From contig JALJEE010001773.1 in the NCBI GenBank assembly GCA_023231475.1, positions 1 through 37,866 of the forward strand: 37,866 nucleotides of DNA, in the 5' to 3' direction. Made by a program: the position numbers and the translations under genes. Under the pieces are notes generated by a model. That model had not been told where the DNA came from. It worked only from the letters and a program-made list of their open reading frames with translations, and did no database searches. This DNA is from Seison nebaliae. Taxonomy: Eukaryota. Positions 1 to 13,030 of this stretch are shown here, piece after piece (within the stretch, counting starts at the first letter, position 1; every line of letters begins with the position of its first letter).

Positions 1-2567
<2,567 letters not shown>

Positions 2568-2749
2568 ACTTTTTTATTTGTTTCTTTATTCTAAATATTA
2601 TTATTAATTTTTTTAATTTTGTTCAAATTTCTTTCTCGATGAAAATAATTGAGGAATTTCAACCGCAGAACTGAAGTAAACACAAATTATTAATAGTAGA
2701 TGTTTTCATTAATGAGAATTATAAATTTAAATAAGATTAGTCAATTGAT

Positions 2750-5700
2750 TTATTCGTTAAATCCAATCATATCGTTTTGAACGTATGAATAGAAATAGGC
2801 TAATCTGGCATAAAATAAATACAGCGCTTCTCGTGTATAATAATGTTTGGATGGTTTTGTCACACCATAAGTATGGGCAGACTTCAAATTTCTTATTACT
2901 TGAGAAGTTGCCGATCTTGGACGATTTAATCCACTTGCCTGTTTACTCGAACGTGAACTGCTATGAGAAGACACGTTTCGATGTCCTGCTAAATTACTAT
3001 TATTCAGATTCATTATCTGCGTAAGAATATCGTTGTTTTCAGCTTCATTTTTCCCTTTTCTTCTGTCTCGACTGAATAGATTGGCGAACGTTTCAGCTGT
3101 CTCCGATACATCTGTCTTCCATAGAAATTTGACAATCTTTTCTAATGCGTCTCTCTTGAAATGTTTCTGTGCGATTGCTTCCGGTACGGTAGTTGGTAGT
3201 AAACTTTGTAATTTGAGCGTATCATCTTCATCATGATAAGACTTCACACAGACTGCTGCATCCACTTGTTCATGTTTACCAAGTCTACTGTCGGGTAGAA
3301 TTTCGGAAATTTTCTTTTGATTAAATTGAGGACTACATTTCTCGTCGAAATAAGACAAAGTATCCTGTGCTATCAAAGAATAATCTAATTGAAATAATGT
3401 GAATCGATCAATGTCATTCGAACCATATGGACAAACGACCGTATGAATTGGTGCATCTAACATCTTATTTTTTTGTTGACAATTACTTTTTATAGTGTTA
3501 TTCAATTTCGTCATGTTCATAACTTCTAATTGGTGTTTACTTTTAGAATCAGCATCTAATGACCGTAGGGAATGTCTCATTCCAAAACTAGATCCATGGT
3601 CACGTGTTGGTTGAGCATCATTGAATTTTAGATATCGTTCATAATCCTCTCGATATTCTTCACTCAACTGTTTTTCAGTTTTACCCAATTCCTCTAACCA
3701 ATGCGTTTGCATTAATCCCTTTCCTTTCACAATAAATTTCTCTCTTGGAATTAACAAGAACTTTCTCGTAGGAAAAGAGTTTAATAATATTCTCGTCGAT
3801 TCTGTAACTAATATGCGATTAGGAGAACTATATTTCAACATACGACTCGATGTATTCACTGTATCGCCCAGAATAGTATATCTTGGAAGAACCGCTCCTA
3901 CCACACCACCAACCACTTCCCCAGTGTTCACACCGAAACTAATTCTTATATTTGTTACTTTCCCCAAAGCGACACTTTTATTTTCCATAAATGCGAACTT
4001 CTGATTTACTATTCGCAAAACACATTTACCTATCACTTCTCTCAAATCCAGTGTTAATTTCCCAATCTCTTTAACATGTTCAGATCCATTCCTTATTGGG
4101 AGACCACTAGCCATTAAGAACATTTCGTTAATGGAATCAACTTTGAAAACTTGATGTTTCTCTATTATTTTATCCATCTTATTATATAATTCGTTAAGAA
4201 ATCGAACAACTTCTTTCGGTCGTAAAGCAGTGTAAATTTCGTTAAAATTTTGAATAGAACTAAAACAAACGGTAGCTTCAGGAAATAATTCTGGTTTTGG
4301 TAATTGACCTTCTTGTAAACGTCGACTGATGAAAGCTGGAAGCAACATGTTCAACAAATTTGTGGTTCGTTCAGTTGCCTCTATAACTTCATAATTCTGA
4401 TGTTTTGCCAACAACTCCATTTTCAGTATATAATATTTCATTCTCCTCAATAAATAGTTGATGACTAGACTATCTTCCTTTTTCTTTCTCAAATAATCAT
4501 TCGGACCATGTGATTTTCTTGGATTATTCTCAACTACTTCATCATAATATAACTGAAGTGTTTCCAAATGCTTCACATCTTCTTGGAAATGTTTACCCGT
4601 ATCATCATTTTTCATCAATTCCAAAACTTCCGTATGTTTCTTATCGATGACATCTAAGCCCATCGCAATCTTCTCAACCGTTTCTCGGCATAATTTCGAA
4701 TCAACTCTCATTTCCAAACAACGAGTCGATAAATTCTCCAATTCTGAATATTCTTGTCGTTGGTGATTATAAATTTTAACTAATTGTCTCTTAGATAAAT
4801 GTTTCGTTATCAACGTATTGACCACTTCAAATTTAAGTTTTGTTTCCAAAAATTCTTTGAAAGCCGAATTAATTTTCGATGCACTAAAAATCAAATTCAT
4901 TTTTTTAACAGCCGCACGAGTAGTTGCTCTCGTGAAATTATTGCCGTCAATCAATTTCAAATGATTGTCGATTGTTTTTAATTTAGATGCTTTCGGTGAA
5001 TGCATTAGAACATTGGCACTTAATAATCCATAAGCATACATATCATAGTCTGGTGAGTATAAACCGTCATTCGTGTAATCAGGTGGAAGCCAAACTTCAG
5101 TTTGCATTGTCCGATTTGGTAGAAGAGTTTGAAAACCGAAATTTGTCAATTTAATCTCAAATTTATTCCCCACATTACAATTCCATATGTTCATTCTCCC
5201 ATGATAACCTAAAACTCCATGAATGTATTCGAGTCCTCGAATAATATCTAATAAAATTGCTGATTTGAATCCACACGTCATTTCTACCGCATCATTCATT
5301 AAGAAATCTGCTAATGTTCCTTTCGGATTTCGTTCCCATAACAATGCATATTCATAAATTGGTGAGTTCCATTGAAATGGCATAACTCCAAAAAATTTCG
5401 TGCAATTCAAATGGTTCATACTCGACAAAACTTTCAATTGACATCTAATCGTTGTACATTCTTTCTGAAACTTTTTCGATAATCTCAAAATATGTGCCAA
5501 TCGATTATTTGTCTCAGTTTTCCTTTGTGGGTGTCTTGTAAATGCTGTGGAGAAAGAATCTCTTATATTGGCTAAAGATTTTTGTAGAGGAGTTTTGGCA
5601 GTTCTGGGAGCTGATCTTAATTTAGAATCTAAAATTGATTTCCGATAAAGATCTTCATCAATTCCAAAGAAAGCAAGATTTGATCGTCGAGAATGTAAAA

Positions 5701-7714
5701 TAGTGAATGGCATAATAGTCACTTGCATATTCTTATCATTTTTCGTTCCATGTTTCTCATAGTTTTCACCAAACACTTCATCTAATTCGAAATAAACTCG
5801 ATTTTTTTCCGTTTCAATCGTATAATTTTGATCGATGATTTTATTAAATTGTCGAAAAAGAAGGAATTCTTGTAGAACATAACGTTTCATTCTCAATGTA
5901 TCTCCAAAAGTTTTTCTTACAGAATTTAATGGTAATGCATCTGCTTCTTCCACTGCCTCTTTATCAGCATATTCGATCTCTTGTAAGAAATCACTTCTTA
6001 ACCACCAGTTAAATTTATATTTGAAGATGAGTAGGGAGAGATGATAAAAATAATAAAGTAGAAACGCCAAAAGTGTACTGGACAAAATCATAAAAATTAC
6101 CCCAGTGATGGTAATGACAATATTATAAGTACCAGTTTTTTCTATTAATTCATAATGTTCTTCTTCCCATTCACTTAACATGAAAATTATCGAACGGAAA
6201 TTGTCATTTGGAACTTTATAAATATTTAATTTCTCTTCCAAAAAAGGAATATTGCCGACCTGTAAAATTTTCCAAACTTTATTGATTTTATATTCTTCAT
6301 TTGGTATGATTACTAATGAATTATCTTCATTAATTTTTCGCAACATTGTTAATTGATACATATGTAAATTATCATGAGATATTCTTTCCTTGTCGAAATA
6401 AACATATTCATCATGACCAAATATTCCCATTTTAACATTTGTGAATTGCTCCAATAAATGTTCATTCAATTTCATTCTAATCTCCTCATTTGATTTCGAT
6501 GATAATTTTGGTAATTCTTCCAAAAGAAACTTATTCATATGATCGAACAATAAATAAATGATTTTGCCGATACGAAAACTTATCACAAAATTCTCGTAAT
6601 CACCATATCTTACACCATCTTCGCTTTCTTCCATGAAACTTTGATGAAGTAAATCGAAAGGATTTTCGAATGACAAAAAAACTATATTGGAATATAAATT
6701 TTTTGCTTTTTTTGTAATGAAATGTGAGAGGAAATATATCTGATCCATATTAGGTAAGAAAAGAAATATAACAATCTGTTCTAATTGGAGAACATTGTCG
6801 TTTTTATTATCCTCTAAAACCTTCGATATGGCAGTTAATGCTTTTTCTAAATTCTCATCAGAGTGTTGTAACAAAACAAAGATTTTATGACGATCTGTTG
6901 TCAACATTTTCGTAAACGCACAATCATAATCAATAAATTGTGAAATTTCTGGATCTTCTTCTTCTGTCCAACTTTTAAGATTTATATTTTTTATTTTTTT
7001 CTTTTTCATCCAACATGATGTCAAATCTTTTACATGACGAATCGTCATGTTTGTGGTCAACTTCCAATAATGGTCAAACGCATGTAATTGCCATGTGGCT
7101 GATTTCAATGTCTCATCATTAACTGTAACGAGTGTATGATGTGTCCATTTTAAATAATTCATTACATTTTTCATATAAACAGCCATTCGAGTATATTGAT
7201 TTGTCACTTGAATTGTATTAGCAAAAAGAGCTGGTTGCGATATCTTAAACATAGCCAATTCGTCAAACATTAGATAAAGATCATGATAAGTCAAATAAAT
7301 GATTTGATATATTTGTGAGAATCGAACATACATTCGTATTAAATCTTCGTCATGAGATAAACTGTCCAACATAATATTATAAACTTTATTAGTAGAATTT
7401 TGTTTCTGCAATTGAATCGCTCCTCCGATATATAAGAATAATTTATGGATTATTTTCATCTTGTCACTTCTCGTCTTCTTTCCTGTCACATTCAATTGAA
7501 CGACATGGGTGTGAAGAATAATATTACGATAATTTAACATCTCCTCCACCGAATGCACAAAACCGAATATTTTTATAATTTTTGCAGATGATTCAAAAAG
7601 TGCCGTTGTCCATATATGAAAATGAACTTTCATTTGATTCTTTGAATTTCTTTCATCACTCATAATCATATTAATCGGTATAATAAGAATGGGAAATATT
7701 ATTGAAATTCTCAT
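2750..7714 (-). CDS. Receptor-type guanylyl cyclase-like protein A, intronless (signal peptide, ectodomain, TM, pseudokinase, signalling helix, class III cyclase domain, long C-terminal tail); probably catalytically impaired
   Basis: Uninterrupted ORF; the first ATG at 7714 gives MRISIIFPILIIPINMIMS (the track start at 7747 is TTG). TM IVITITGVIFMILSSTLLAFLLYYFY; kinase-homology GYHGRMNIWNC...IKLTNFG; cyclase SGLPIRNG, GVVGAVLPRYTILGDTVNTSSRM, VKGKGLMQTHWL. Confidence 0.9.
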   Translation of the reverse strand: MRISIIFPILIIPINMIMSDERNSKNQMKVHFHIWTTALFESSAKIIKIFGFVHSVEEMLNYRNIILHTHVVQLNVTGKKTRSDKMKIIHKLFLYIGGAIQLQKQNSTNKVYNIMLDSLSHDEDLIRMYVRFSQIYQIIYLTYHDLYLMFDELAMFKISQPALFANTIQVTNQYTRMAVYMKNVMNYLKWTHHTLVTVNDETLKSATWQLHAFDHYWKLTTNMTIRHVKDLTSCWMKKKKIKNINLKSWTEEEDPEISQFIDYDCAFTKMLTTDRHKIFVLLQHSDENLEKALTAISKVLEDNKNDNVLQLEQIVIFLFLPNMDQIYFLSHFITKKAKNLYSNIVFLSFENPFDLLHQSFMEESEDGVRYGDYENFVISFRIGKIIYLLFDHMNKFLLEELPKLSSKSNEEIRMKLNEHLLEQFTNVKMGIFGHDEYVYFDKERISHDNLHMYQLTMLRKINEDNSLVIIPNEEYKINKVWKILQVGNIPFLEEKLNIYKVPNDNFRSIIFMLSEWEEEHYELIEKTGTYNIVITITGVIFMILSSTLLAFLLYYFYHLSLLIFKYKFNWWLRSDFLQEIEYADKEAVEEADALPLNSVRKTFGDTLRMKRYVLQEFLLFRQFNKIIDQNYTIETEKNRVYFELDEVFGENYEKHGTKNDKNMQVTIMPFTILHSRRSNLAFFGIDEDLYRKSILDSKLRSAPRTAKTPLQKSLANIRDSFSTAFTRHPQRKTETNNRLAHILRLSKKFQKECTTIRCQLKVLSSMNHLNCTKFFGVMPFQWNSPIYEYALLWERNPKGTLADFLMNDAVEMTCGFKSAILLDIIRGLEYIHGVLGYHGRMNIWNCNVGNKFEIKLTNFGFQTLLPNRTMQTEVWLPPDYTNDGLYSPDYDMYAYGLLSANVLMHSPKASKLKTIDNHLKLIDGNNFTRATTRAAVKKMNLIFSASKINSAFKEFLETKLKFEVVNTLITKHLSKRQLVKIYNHQRQEYSELENLSTRCLEMRVDSKLCRETVEKIAMGLDVIDKKHTEVLELMKNDDTGKHFQEDVKHLETLQLYYDEVVENNPRKSHGPNDYLRKKKEDSLVINYLLRRMKYYILKMELLAKHQNYEVIEATERTTNLLNMLLPAFISRRLQEGQLPKPELFPEATVCFSSIQNFNEIYTALRPKEVVRFLNELYNKMDKIIEKHQVFKVDSINEMFLMASGLPIRNGSEHVKEIGKLTLDLREVIGKCVLRIVNQKFAFMENKSVALGKVTNIRISFGVNTGEVVGGVVGAVLPRYTILGDTVNTSSRMLKYSSPNRILVTESTRILLNSFPTRKFLLIPREKFIVKGKGLMQTHWLEELGKTEKQLSEEYREDYERYLKFNDAQPTRDHGSSFGMRHSLRSLDADSKSKHQLEVMNMTKLNNTIKSNCQQKNKMLDAPIHTVVCPYGSNDIDRFTLFQLDYSLIAQDTLSYFDEKCSPQFNQKKISEILPDSRLGKHEQVDAAVCVKSYHDEDDTLKLQSLLPTTVPEAIAQKHFKRDALEKIVKFLWKTDVSETAETFANLFSRDRRKGKNEAENNDILTQIMNLNNSNLAGHRNVSSHSSSRSSKQASGLNRPRSATSQVIRNLKSAHTYGVTKPSKHYYTREALYLFYARLAYFYSYVQNDMIGFNE

Positions 7715-7990
7715 AATTAATACCACATTAATTCTCTCTAATTTCAATCATTTTCTTAAAATTATGAGACATATTTAACAGTTATGAAGAAATTATAAAG
7801 AATATATACTTATAAAGATATATTTTATTTTATTCTATATAAAGATATATAAATTCCATAAATTTTTATAATATTCTTATTTATAACTGTCACTTCACAT
7901 TGTTCTAATGGATTTTTATTAATAATATTTAATAGCGATAAAAAAACAAACAATCTTAAGAAGAATATGTGTGGAATAAGTCGGTAAAAT
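7715..7990. promoter_or_regulatory. Putative bidirectional promoter between the two cyclase-like genes
   Basis: Only 276 bp separate the divergent ATGs; TATA-like 13-bp direct repeat TATAAAGATATAT at 7811-7823 and 7838-7850. Confidence 0.55.
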
Positions 7991-10900
7991 ATGAATTTAC
8001 GGGAAATCTGTTTATTCTTCTTTTTCATTACACACATCAACTGTTCGATTCCACAACTTACGGTTCATATTTGGACTGATTCCTTATTCTTTCCTGAACA
8101 GAAGATCATTGAAATTTTCCGATGGTCTTCATTAATTAAAATGATACCAGAAATTAATATTGATTTCGTTCCACATATTGTGAAGCCGATCCAGGTGTCC
8201 AAATTGAATTCTGATACAAGAATGGAATTGATGCATAAGTATTTCCTTTACGTTGGTACACAAATCGAGCAACAAACACTTAACAAAACAAATTGGGTGT
8301 ACAATGTATTGGTTGATGGATTATCTCATGATAGAGATTTGATAGAAATGTATGTCCGTTTTTCAATCATTTATAATATTCTCTATTTTACTTATCACGA
8401 TCTCTATACATTATTCAATCAGATGCATATGTATAGAAATGGAACGGATCCATTATTCTCTAAAACGATAATGTTCAATAATCATTACTCAGCTACCGCC
8501 ACATATATTCATAATTTAATGCTACATTTAGGATGGGACAAACATACGCTCGTTACATTAAGTGATGAAACACATCGTATTTCCAGTTGGACGACATATG
8601 CATTCGATCATTATTGGAAACTGAAAACAGATATTCCAATATCTCATTTGAAAGATTTAACAGGTTGTTGGTTAACCAAGAAAAAATTTGCGGATGTTTA
8701 TCTGAAAAATATATCGAAAACTGAAAATTCACCTTTAAGTAAGTTTATCGATTATAATTGTGCATTGAATCAATTGTTAATTTATGAGCGTCACAAAATC
8801 TTCCTTCTATTTTATCATTCCGAGGAAACTTTGGAAGAGGCACTTACTTCTATTTCGCGATTGATGAGTGAACATCAGTTAAATCCGATTTTACAGTTGG
8901 AGAAAATCGTCATTCTTCTCATCGTACCGAGTTTGGAAAGAATACAATATGTTTCCCATTTCGTTAATCAGAAAGCGAAAAATCTTTATAATAACATCGT
9001 TTTTTTCGCTTATGAAAATCCATTCACAGTTTTCCATTTAGTGTTCAAAGATGAATATGTCGAAGGAGAACGATATGGATCTGTAGAAAATTTTATTATT
9101 AGTTTCCGAATGACAAAGATTTGGGTCAGTCTTTTTTTGGCTTTAAAGAATCTGGTACCGGTTGTATTAGAATCGTCTCAAACTCGCAGCGCCACTTCAA
9201 CATTAAGAAAAAATTTAAATGAATTGCTATTGACACATTATGTTAATAATCGTATTGATATGGAATTTATTGATATGACGATTTATTTCGATCAACAAAG
9301 AATAATGCATGACGATCTCCATATTTATCAATTAGTACAACCGGATAATATCGATAATAAACCTGGTGAAAATAAATTACTTGGTTATAATTTGGAAGAC
9401 AATTGGGATGTAATGCGAGTTGGTTGTATAGAATATGTTTATTCCAATACTTCTCTATCATTAGACTTTAAAGAAGGATTAAAATTTAGACCCATTCTCT
9501 TAATGTTAACGGATTGGGATGAGAATGTATACGATGTTATAGAAAAATCTGAAAACTATAATACTGTGACGACAATACTTTGTGTATTATTCATGGGAAT
9601 TTCCTGTTGTCTCTTATCATTTCTTCTTTACTATTTATATTATGTTCTTCAAACTGTTTTTAAACGATCATTCAATTGGTGGCTGGAAGCAAACTTTTTA
9701 GATAATATCGAATATGCAGATCATGGTGCGGTGGAAATGATCAACAAAAAATTTAACGACAAATATTTCGTTGATATGTTATCAATAAAACGTCATAAAT
9801 TTCAAGAATTATTATTATTTAGAGAATTCAACAAGATCATTCGAGAAGATACACTTTCCACCGAATCGAAAAATCAAGTTTTTTTCGAATTAGACGAAAA
9901 CTTTGGAGAAGAATATGAAAAATACGGTTATAAAAATGATCGAACTGTTCAAGTGAAATTAATGCCATTTACAATTCTCCATTCTCGAAAATCAGATGTT
10001 TTATTCCCTCAAAATTTCAATCAATTACAAAATACCAAAGATAATAAGAAAAATAAGGATAATAATAAGAATATTACTAATAATGATAATAATAATAATG
10101 ATAACAATAATAATCATAATAATAACAATGAGAATATTAGTAATAATAATAATAATAATAATAGTAATGATGATGATGATGATAATAGTAATAAAAATAA
10201 TCATAAGAAAAAGAATAAGAGCAAGAAGAACAGTACAATTAATAGAAAAGATTGGAGTCAGAGTAGTCATCTGTTAACAAGGACGAGAACAAATAGATTC
10301 TTTAATATGTTGGCATTTGGTAAAAATCGGAAATTGTTTTGTAAAACTATTTATTGTCAATTGAATATATTATCGAGCATCAATCATCCAAATTGTACCA
10401 AATTTTATGGAGTGATGCCATTTCAATGGTTATCACCAATCTATGAATATACGTTACTCTGGGAAAGAAATGCCAGAGGAACATTGGCCGATTTTTTAAT
10501 AAATGACGCTGTTGAAATGACATGTGGTTTCAAATCGGCAATTCTGTTGGACATTATCCGCGGTCTGGAATATCTTCATATACACATCGGTTATCATGGT
10601 CGATTAAACATCCGTAATTGTAATGTTGGTACAAGATTTGAAATAAAATTAACAAATTTCGGTTTCCAAAAACTATTACCAGTTCGTACGATGCAAACTG
10701 AAAACTGGTTACCTCTCAATTTTGAAGAAGAGAATCGTTATTCCCCAGAATATGATATGTATGCTTTTGGTATTTTGAGTGCTAATGTTTTAGTTTATTC
10801 ACCTAAGGCAATTCCAGAAGAAAATGAAAATTTCTCAACCACAATCTCCTTCATTCCAGAACAAATAGCAACGAATGCTATCACTCAAGATGCCGTGAGA

Positions 10901-13030
10901 AAGATGAATTTAATTTTCAATTTAGATGAAATAAAAATGGCATTTAAAGAATTTATTAACACGAAATTGAAGTACGAAGTAGTGAATACATTGATTATGA
11001 AACATTTATCGAAGAAGCAATTGATGCAAACTTTCGAAAATCAAAAATTAATTTATGATGAAATCAAAAATATTATTATGGGTTGTCTGGATATGGAATT
11101 GAAAGCCGATTATTGTCTGGATAGAATTGAAGATTTTGCTGAAAATTTGAATGAAATCGAAGTTGGTCATACCGAAATTCTTCTCCTTCTGAAAACGGAT
11201 ACATGTAACAAACATTTCCAAGAAGAATTGACACATTTGGAGACTTTACAATTATATTACACAGATCGAAATAGAGTTGCATCTAAAGCAGTTGTTCGAT
11301 CGAAGAAACCTTCAAGAATTAATCTCAGTCAATCATTTTCATTTATTCCAAAAGAAAAACAGGAAACTAAAAGTTATGTAATTAATTATCTTTTAAGAAG
11401 AATGAAGTATTGTATATTAAAAATGGAAATGTTAGCGAAACACCGTAATCTGGAAGTTATAAGGGAAACTGATCGAACAAAAAATCTGTTGAATATTTTA
11501 CTTCCACCTTTTATCAACCGAAGATTACAAGAAGGAAGATTACCAAAACCCGAATTATTTCAAGAGGCCACCGTTTGTTTCAGTGCAATTCAGAATTTCA
11601 GTGAAATTTATTCTTTATTGAAACCGAAGGAAGTGGTTCGATTTCTAAATGAAATCTATAGTCAAATGGATAAAATTATCGATCAACATCAAGTTTTTAA
11701 GATTGATTCGATTAATGAAATGTTCTTAATGGCAAGTGGATTGCCCGTAAGAAATGGAGCGGAACATGTGAAGGAAATTGGAAATTTAACTTTAAATTTA
11801 AGATCAGAATTATGTAGAACAACATTGTTAATAAACAACCGGAAATTCATTATGGCCAATGAAAGTTTCCATAGTTTAGGAAATGTTGTAAATATCAAAA
11901 TTAGCTTTGGTGTCAATACGGGAGAAGTGGTAGGAGGTGTCGTTGGTGCAGTCTTGCCAAGATACACTGTTTTGGGTGATACGGTAAACACAGCTAGCCG
12001 TATGTTAAAATACAGTGGAATGAATAGAATTCTCGTAACTGATTCCACACGATTATTGTTGTCGTCATTTCCAAATAATTTATTTGTTTTGATGCCTCGA
12101 GAAAAGTTTAAAGTGAAAGGAAAAGGTGAAATGCAAACACATTGGTTAGAAGATTTGAAAAAATCACCATCTGAATTAGCTGACGATTATGGTGAAGATT
12201 ATGAACGTTATATAAAGTATCGTATAATTCAAACACCTGAAGAGAAAAGAAGAAGTTTCTCCTATCGATTTTCAACAAAATCGTTGGATGAAGAAACTTT
12301 ACAGAACGTCGTTGAATTTAGAGAAAGTTTCGATAAGAGACAACGATTCTCTGTTGATTTTAAAGATACTTTTAAATCAGCACTTGATGCTCCTGTACCA
12401 ACTCTCATATGTCCAATCGGTTCGAATGATATTGATGAATTTACTCTTTTCCGATCTGATTATACTTTAAGTTTATCTGATCATTTAACTTATCTCGATG
12501 AAAAATGTTCTGCTCAATCATACAGTACTACTCTTCGAAGGATTTTGAGTGACGCCATAAGCGAACCAAAAAAAGCTACTAGAACTATATTAAAGCAACT
12601 TCTTTCAGAAAAGGATTTAATTGAAATTCAGAAAAATCTTCCAGATACAGTTCCAGAGAACATTGCCAAACAACATTATAAAAAAGTTGCTCTGAAACAA
12701 TTAGTTAAACAAATGTGGTCCATGAAAAGATCAAAACACTCCGAAAATTTTTTGACAATTTTCAACGACATTAACAGAAATTCGCAGGAAATTGAGAACG
12801 AAACGGCCAATCTTTTTAAGCAAACATCTTCCTCAAATGTTAACATGTCAGCAAATCGACCATTTAAAACTAATTCAGAAGCATCAGAAATGATCAAAAG
12901 AATGAAATCGAAACATAATTTTGGAACCAACAAAGTTTCTAAATATTTCTACACCAGGGAAAGCCTCTATTTATTTTATGCAAGATTAGCATTCTTATAT
13001 GCCTATGTACAAGGCCGAAATATAAATTAA
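7991..13030 (+). CDS. Receptor-type guanylyl cyclase-like protein B, intronless paralogue of A; probably catalytically impaired
   Basis: 1679-aa ORF with signal peptide MNLREICLFFFFITHINCS, TM TVTTILCVLFMGISCCLLSFLLYYLYY, and the same pseudokinase and cyclase motifs (PRYTVLGDTVNTASRM, KGKGEMQTHWL); colinear with A end to end. Confidence 0.9.
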   Translation: MNLREICLFFFFITHINCSIPQLTVHIWTDSLFFPEQKIIEIFRWSSLIKMIPEINIDFVPHIVKPIQVSKLNSDTRMELMHKYFLYVGTQIEQQTLNKTNWVYNVLVDGLSHDRDLIEMYVRFSIIYNILYFTYHDLYTLFNQMHMYRNGTDPLFSKTIMFNNHYSATATYIHNLMLHLGWDKHTLVTLSDETHRISSWTTYAFDHYWKLKTDIPISHLKDLTGCWLTKKKFADVYLKNISKTENSPLSKFIDYNCALNQLLIYERHKIFLLFYHSEETLEEALTSISRLMSEHQLNPILQLEKIVILLIVPSLERIQYVSHFVNQKAKNLYNNIVFFAYENPFTVFHLVFKDEYVEGERYGSVENFIISFRMTKIWVSLFLALKNLVPVVLESSQTRSATSTLRKNLNELLLTHYVNNRIDMEFIDMTIYFDQQRIMHDDLHIYQLVQPDNIDNKPGENKLLGYNLEDNWDVMRVGCIEYVYSNTSLSLDFKEGLKFRPILLMLTDWDENVYDVIEKSENYNTVTTILCVLFMGISCCLLSFLLYYLYYVLQTVFKRSFNWWLEANFLDNIEYADHGAVEMINKKFNDKYFVDMLSIKRHKFQELLLFREFNKIIREDTLSTESKNQVFFELDENFGEEYEKYGYKNDRTVQVKLMPFTILHSRKSDVLFPQNFNQLQNTKDNKKNKDNNKNITNNDNNNNDNNNNHNNNNENISNNNNNNNSNDDDDDNSNKNNHKKKNKSKKNSTINRKDWSQSSHLLTRTRTNRFFNMLAFGKNRKLFCKTIYCQLNILSSINHPNCTKFYGVMPFQWLSPIYEYTLLWERNARGTLADFLINDAVEMTCGFKSAILLDIIRGLEYLHIHIGYHGRLNIRNCNVGTRFEIKLTNFGFQKLLPVRTMQTENWLPLNFEEENRYSPEYDMYAFGILSANVLVYSPKAIPEENENFSTTISFIPEQIATNAITQDAVRKMNLIFNLDEIKMAFKEFINTKLKYEVVNTLIMKHLSKKQLMQTFENQKLIYDEIKNIIMGCLDMELKADYCLDRIEDFAENLNEIEVGHTEILLLLKTDTCNKHFQEELTHLETLQLYYTDRNRVASKAVVRSKKPSRINLSQSFSFIPKEKQETKSYVINYLLRRMKYCILKMEMLAKHRNLEVIRETDRTKNLLNILLPPFINRRLQEGRLPKPELFQEATVCFSAIQNFSEIYSLLKPKEVVRFLNEIYSQMDKIIDQHQVFKIDSINEMFLMASGLPVRNGAEHVKEIGNLTLNLRSELCRTTLLINNRKFIMANESFHSLGNVVNIKISFGVNTGEVVGGVVGAVLPRYTVLGDTVNTASRMLKYSGMNRILVTDSTRLLLSSFPNNLFVLMPREKFKVKGKGEMQTHWLEDLKKSPSELADDYGEDYERYIKYRIIQTPEEKRRSFSYRFSTKSLDEETLQNVVEFRESFDKRQRFSVDFKDTFKSALDAPVPTLICPIGSNDIDEFTLFRSDYTLSLSDHLTYLDEKCSAQSYSTTLRRILSDAISEPKKATRTILKQLLSEKDLIEIQKNLPDTVPENIAKQHYKKVALKQLVKQMWSMKRSKHSENFLTIFNDINRNSQEIENETANLFKQTSSSNVNMSANRPFKTNSEASEMIKRMKSKHNFGTNKVSKYFYTRESLYLFYARLAFLYAYVQGRNIN
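10031..10230 (+). repeat. Degenerate (AAT/GAT)n low-complexity tract encoding an Asn/Asp/Lys-rich insert in cyclase-like gene B
   Basis: Read directly; in frame; paralogue A has unrelated sequence at the equivalent site. Confidence 0.9.

Noticed and set aside
9996..10277. Ile/Met-rich ORFs on both strands
   Set aside because: Alternative-frame readings of the AAT/GAT repeat inside cyclase gene B.
3813..12048. Similar antisense ORFs 3813-4004 and 11689-12048
   Set aside because: Shadows of the conserved cyclase codons on the opposite strand.
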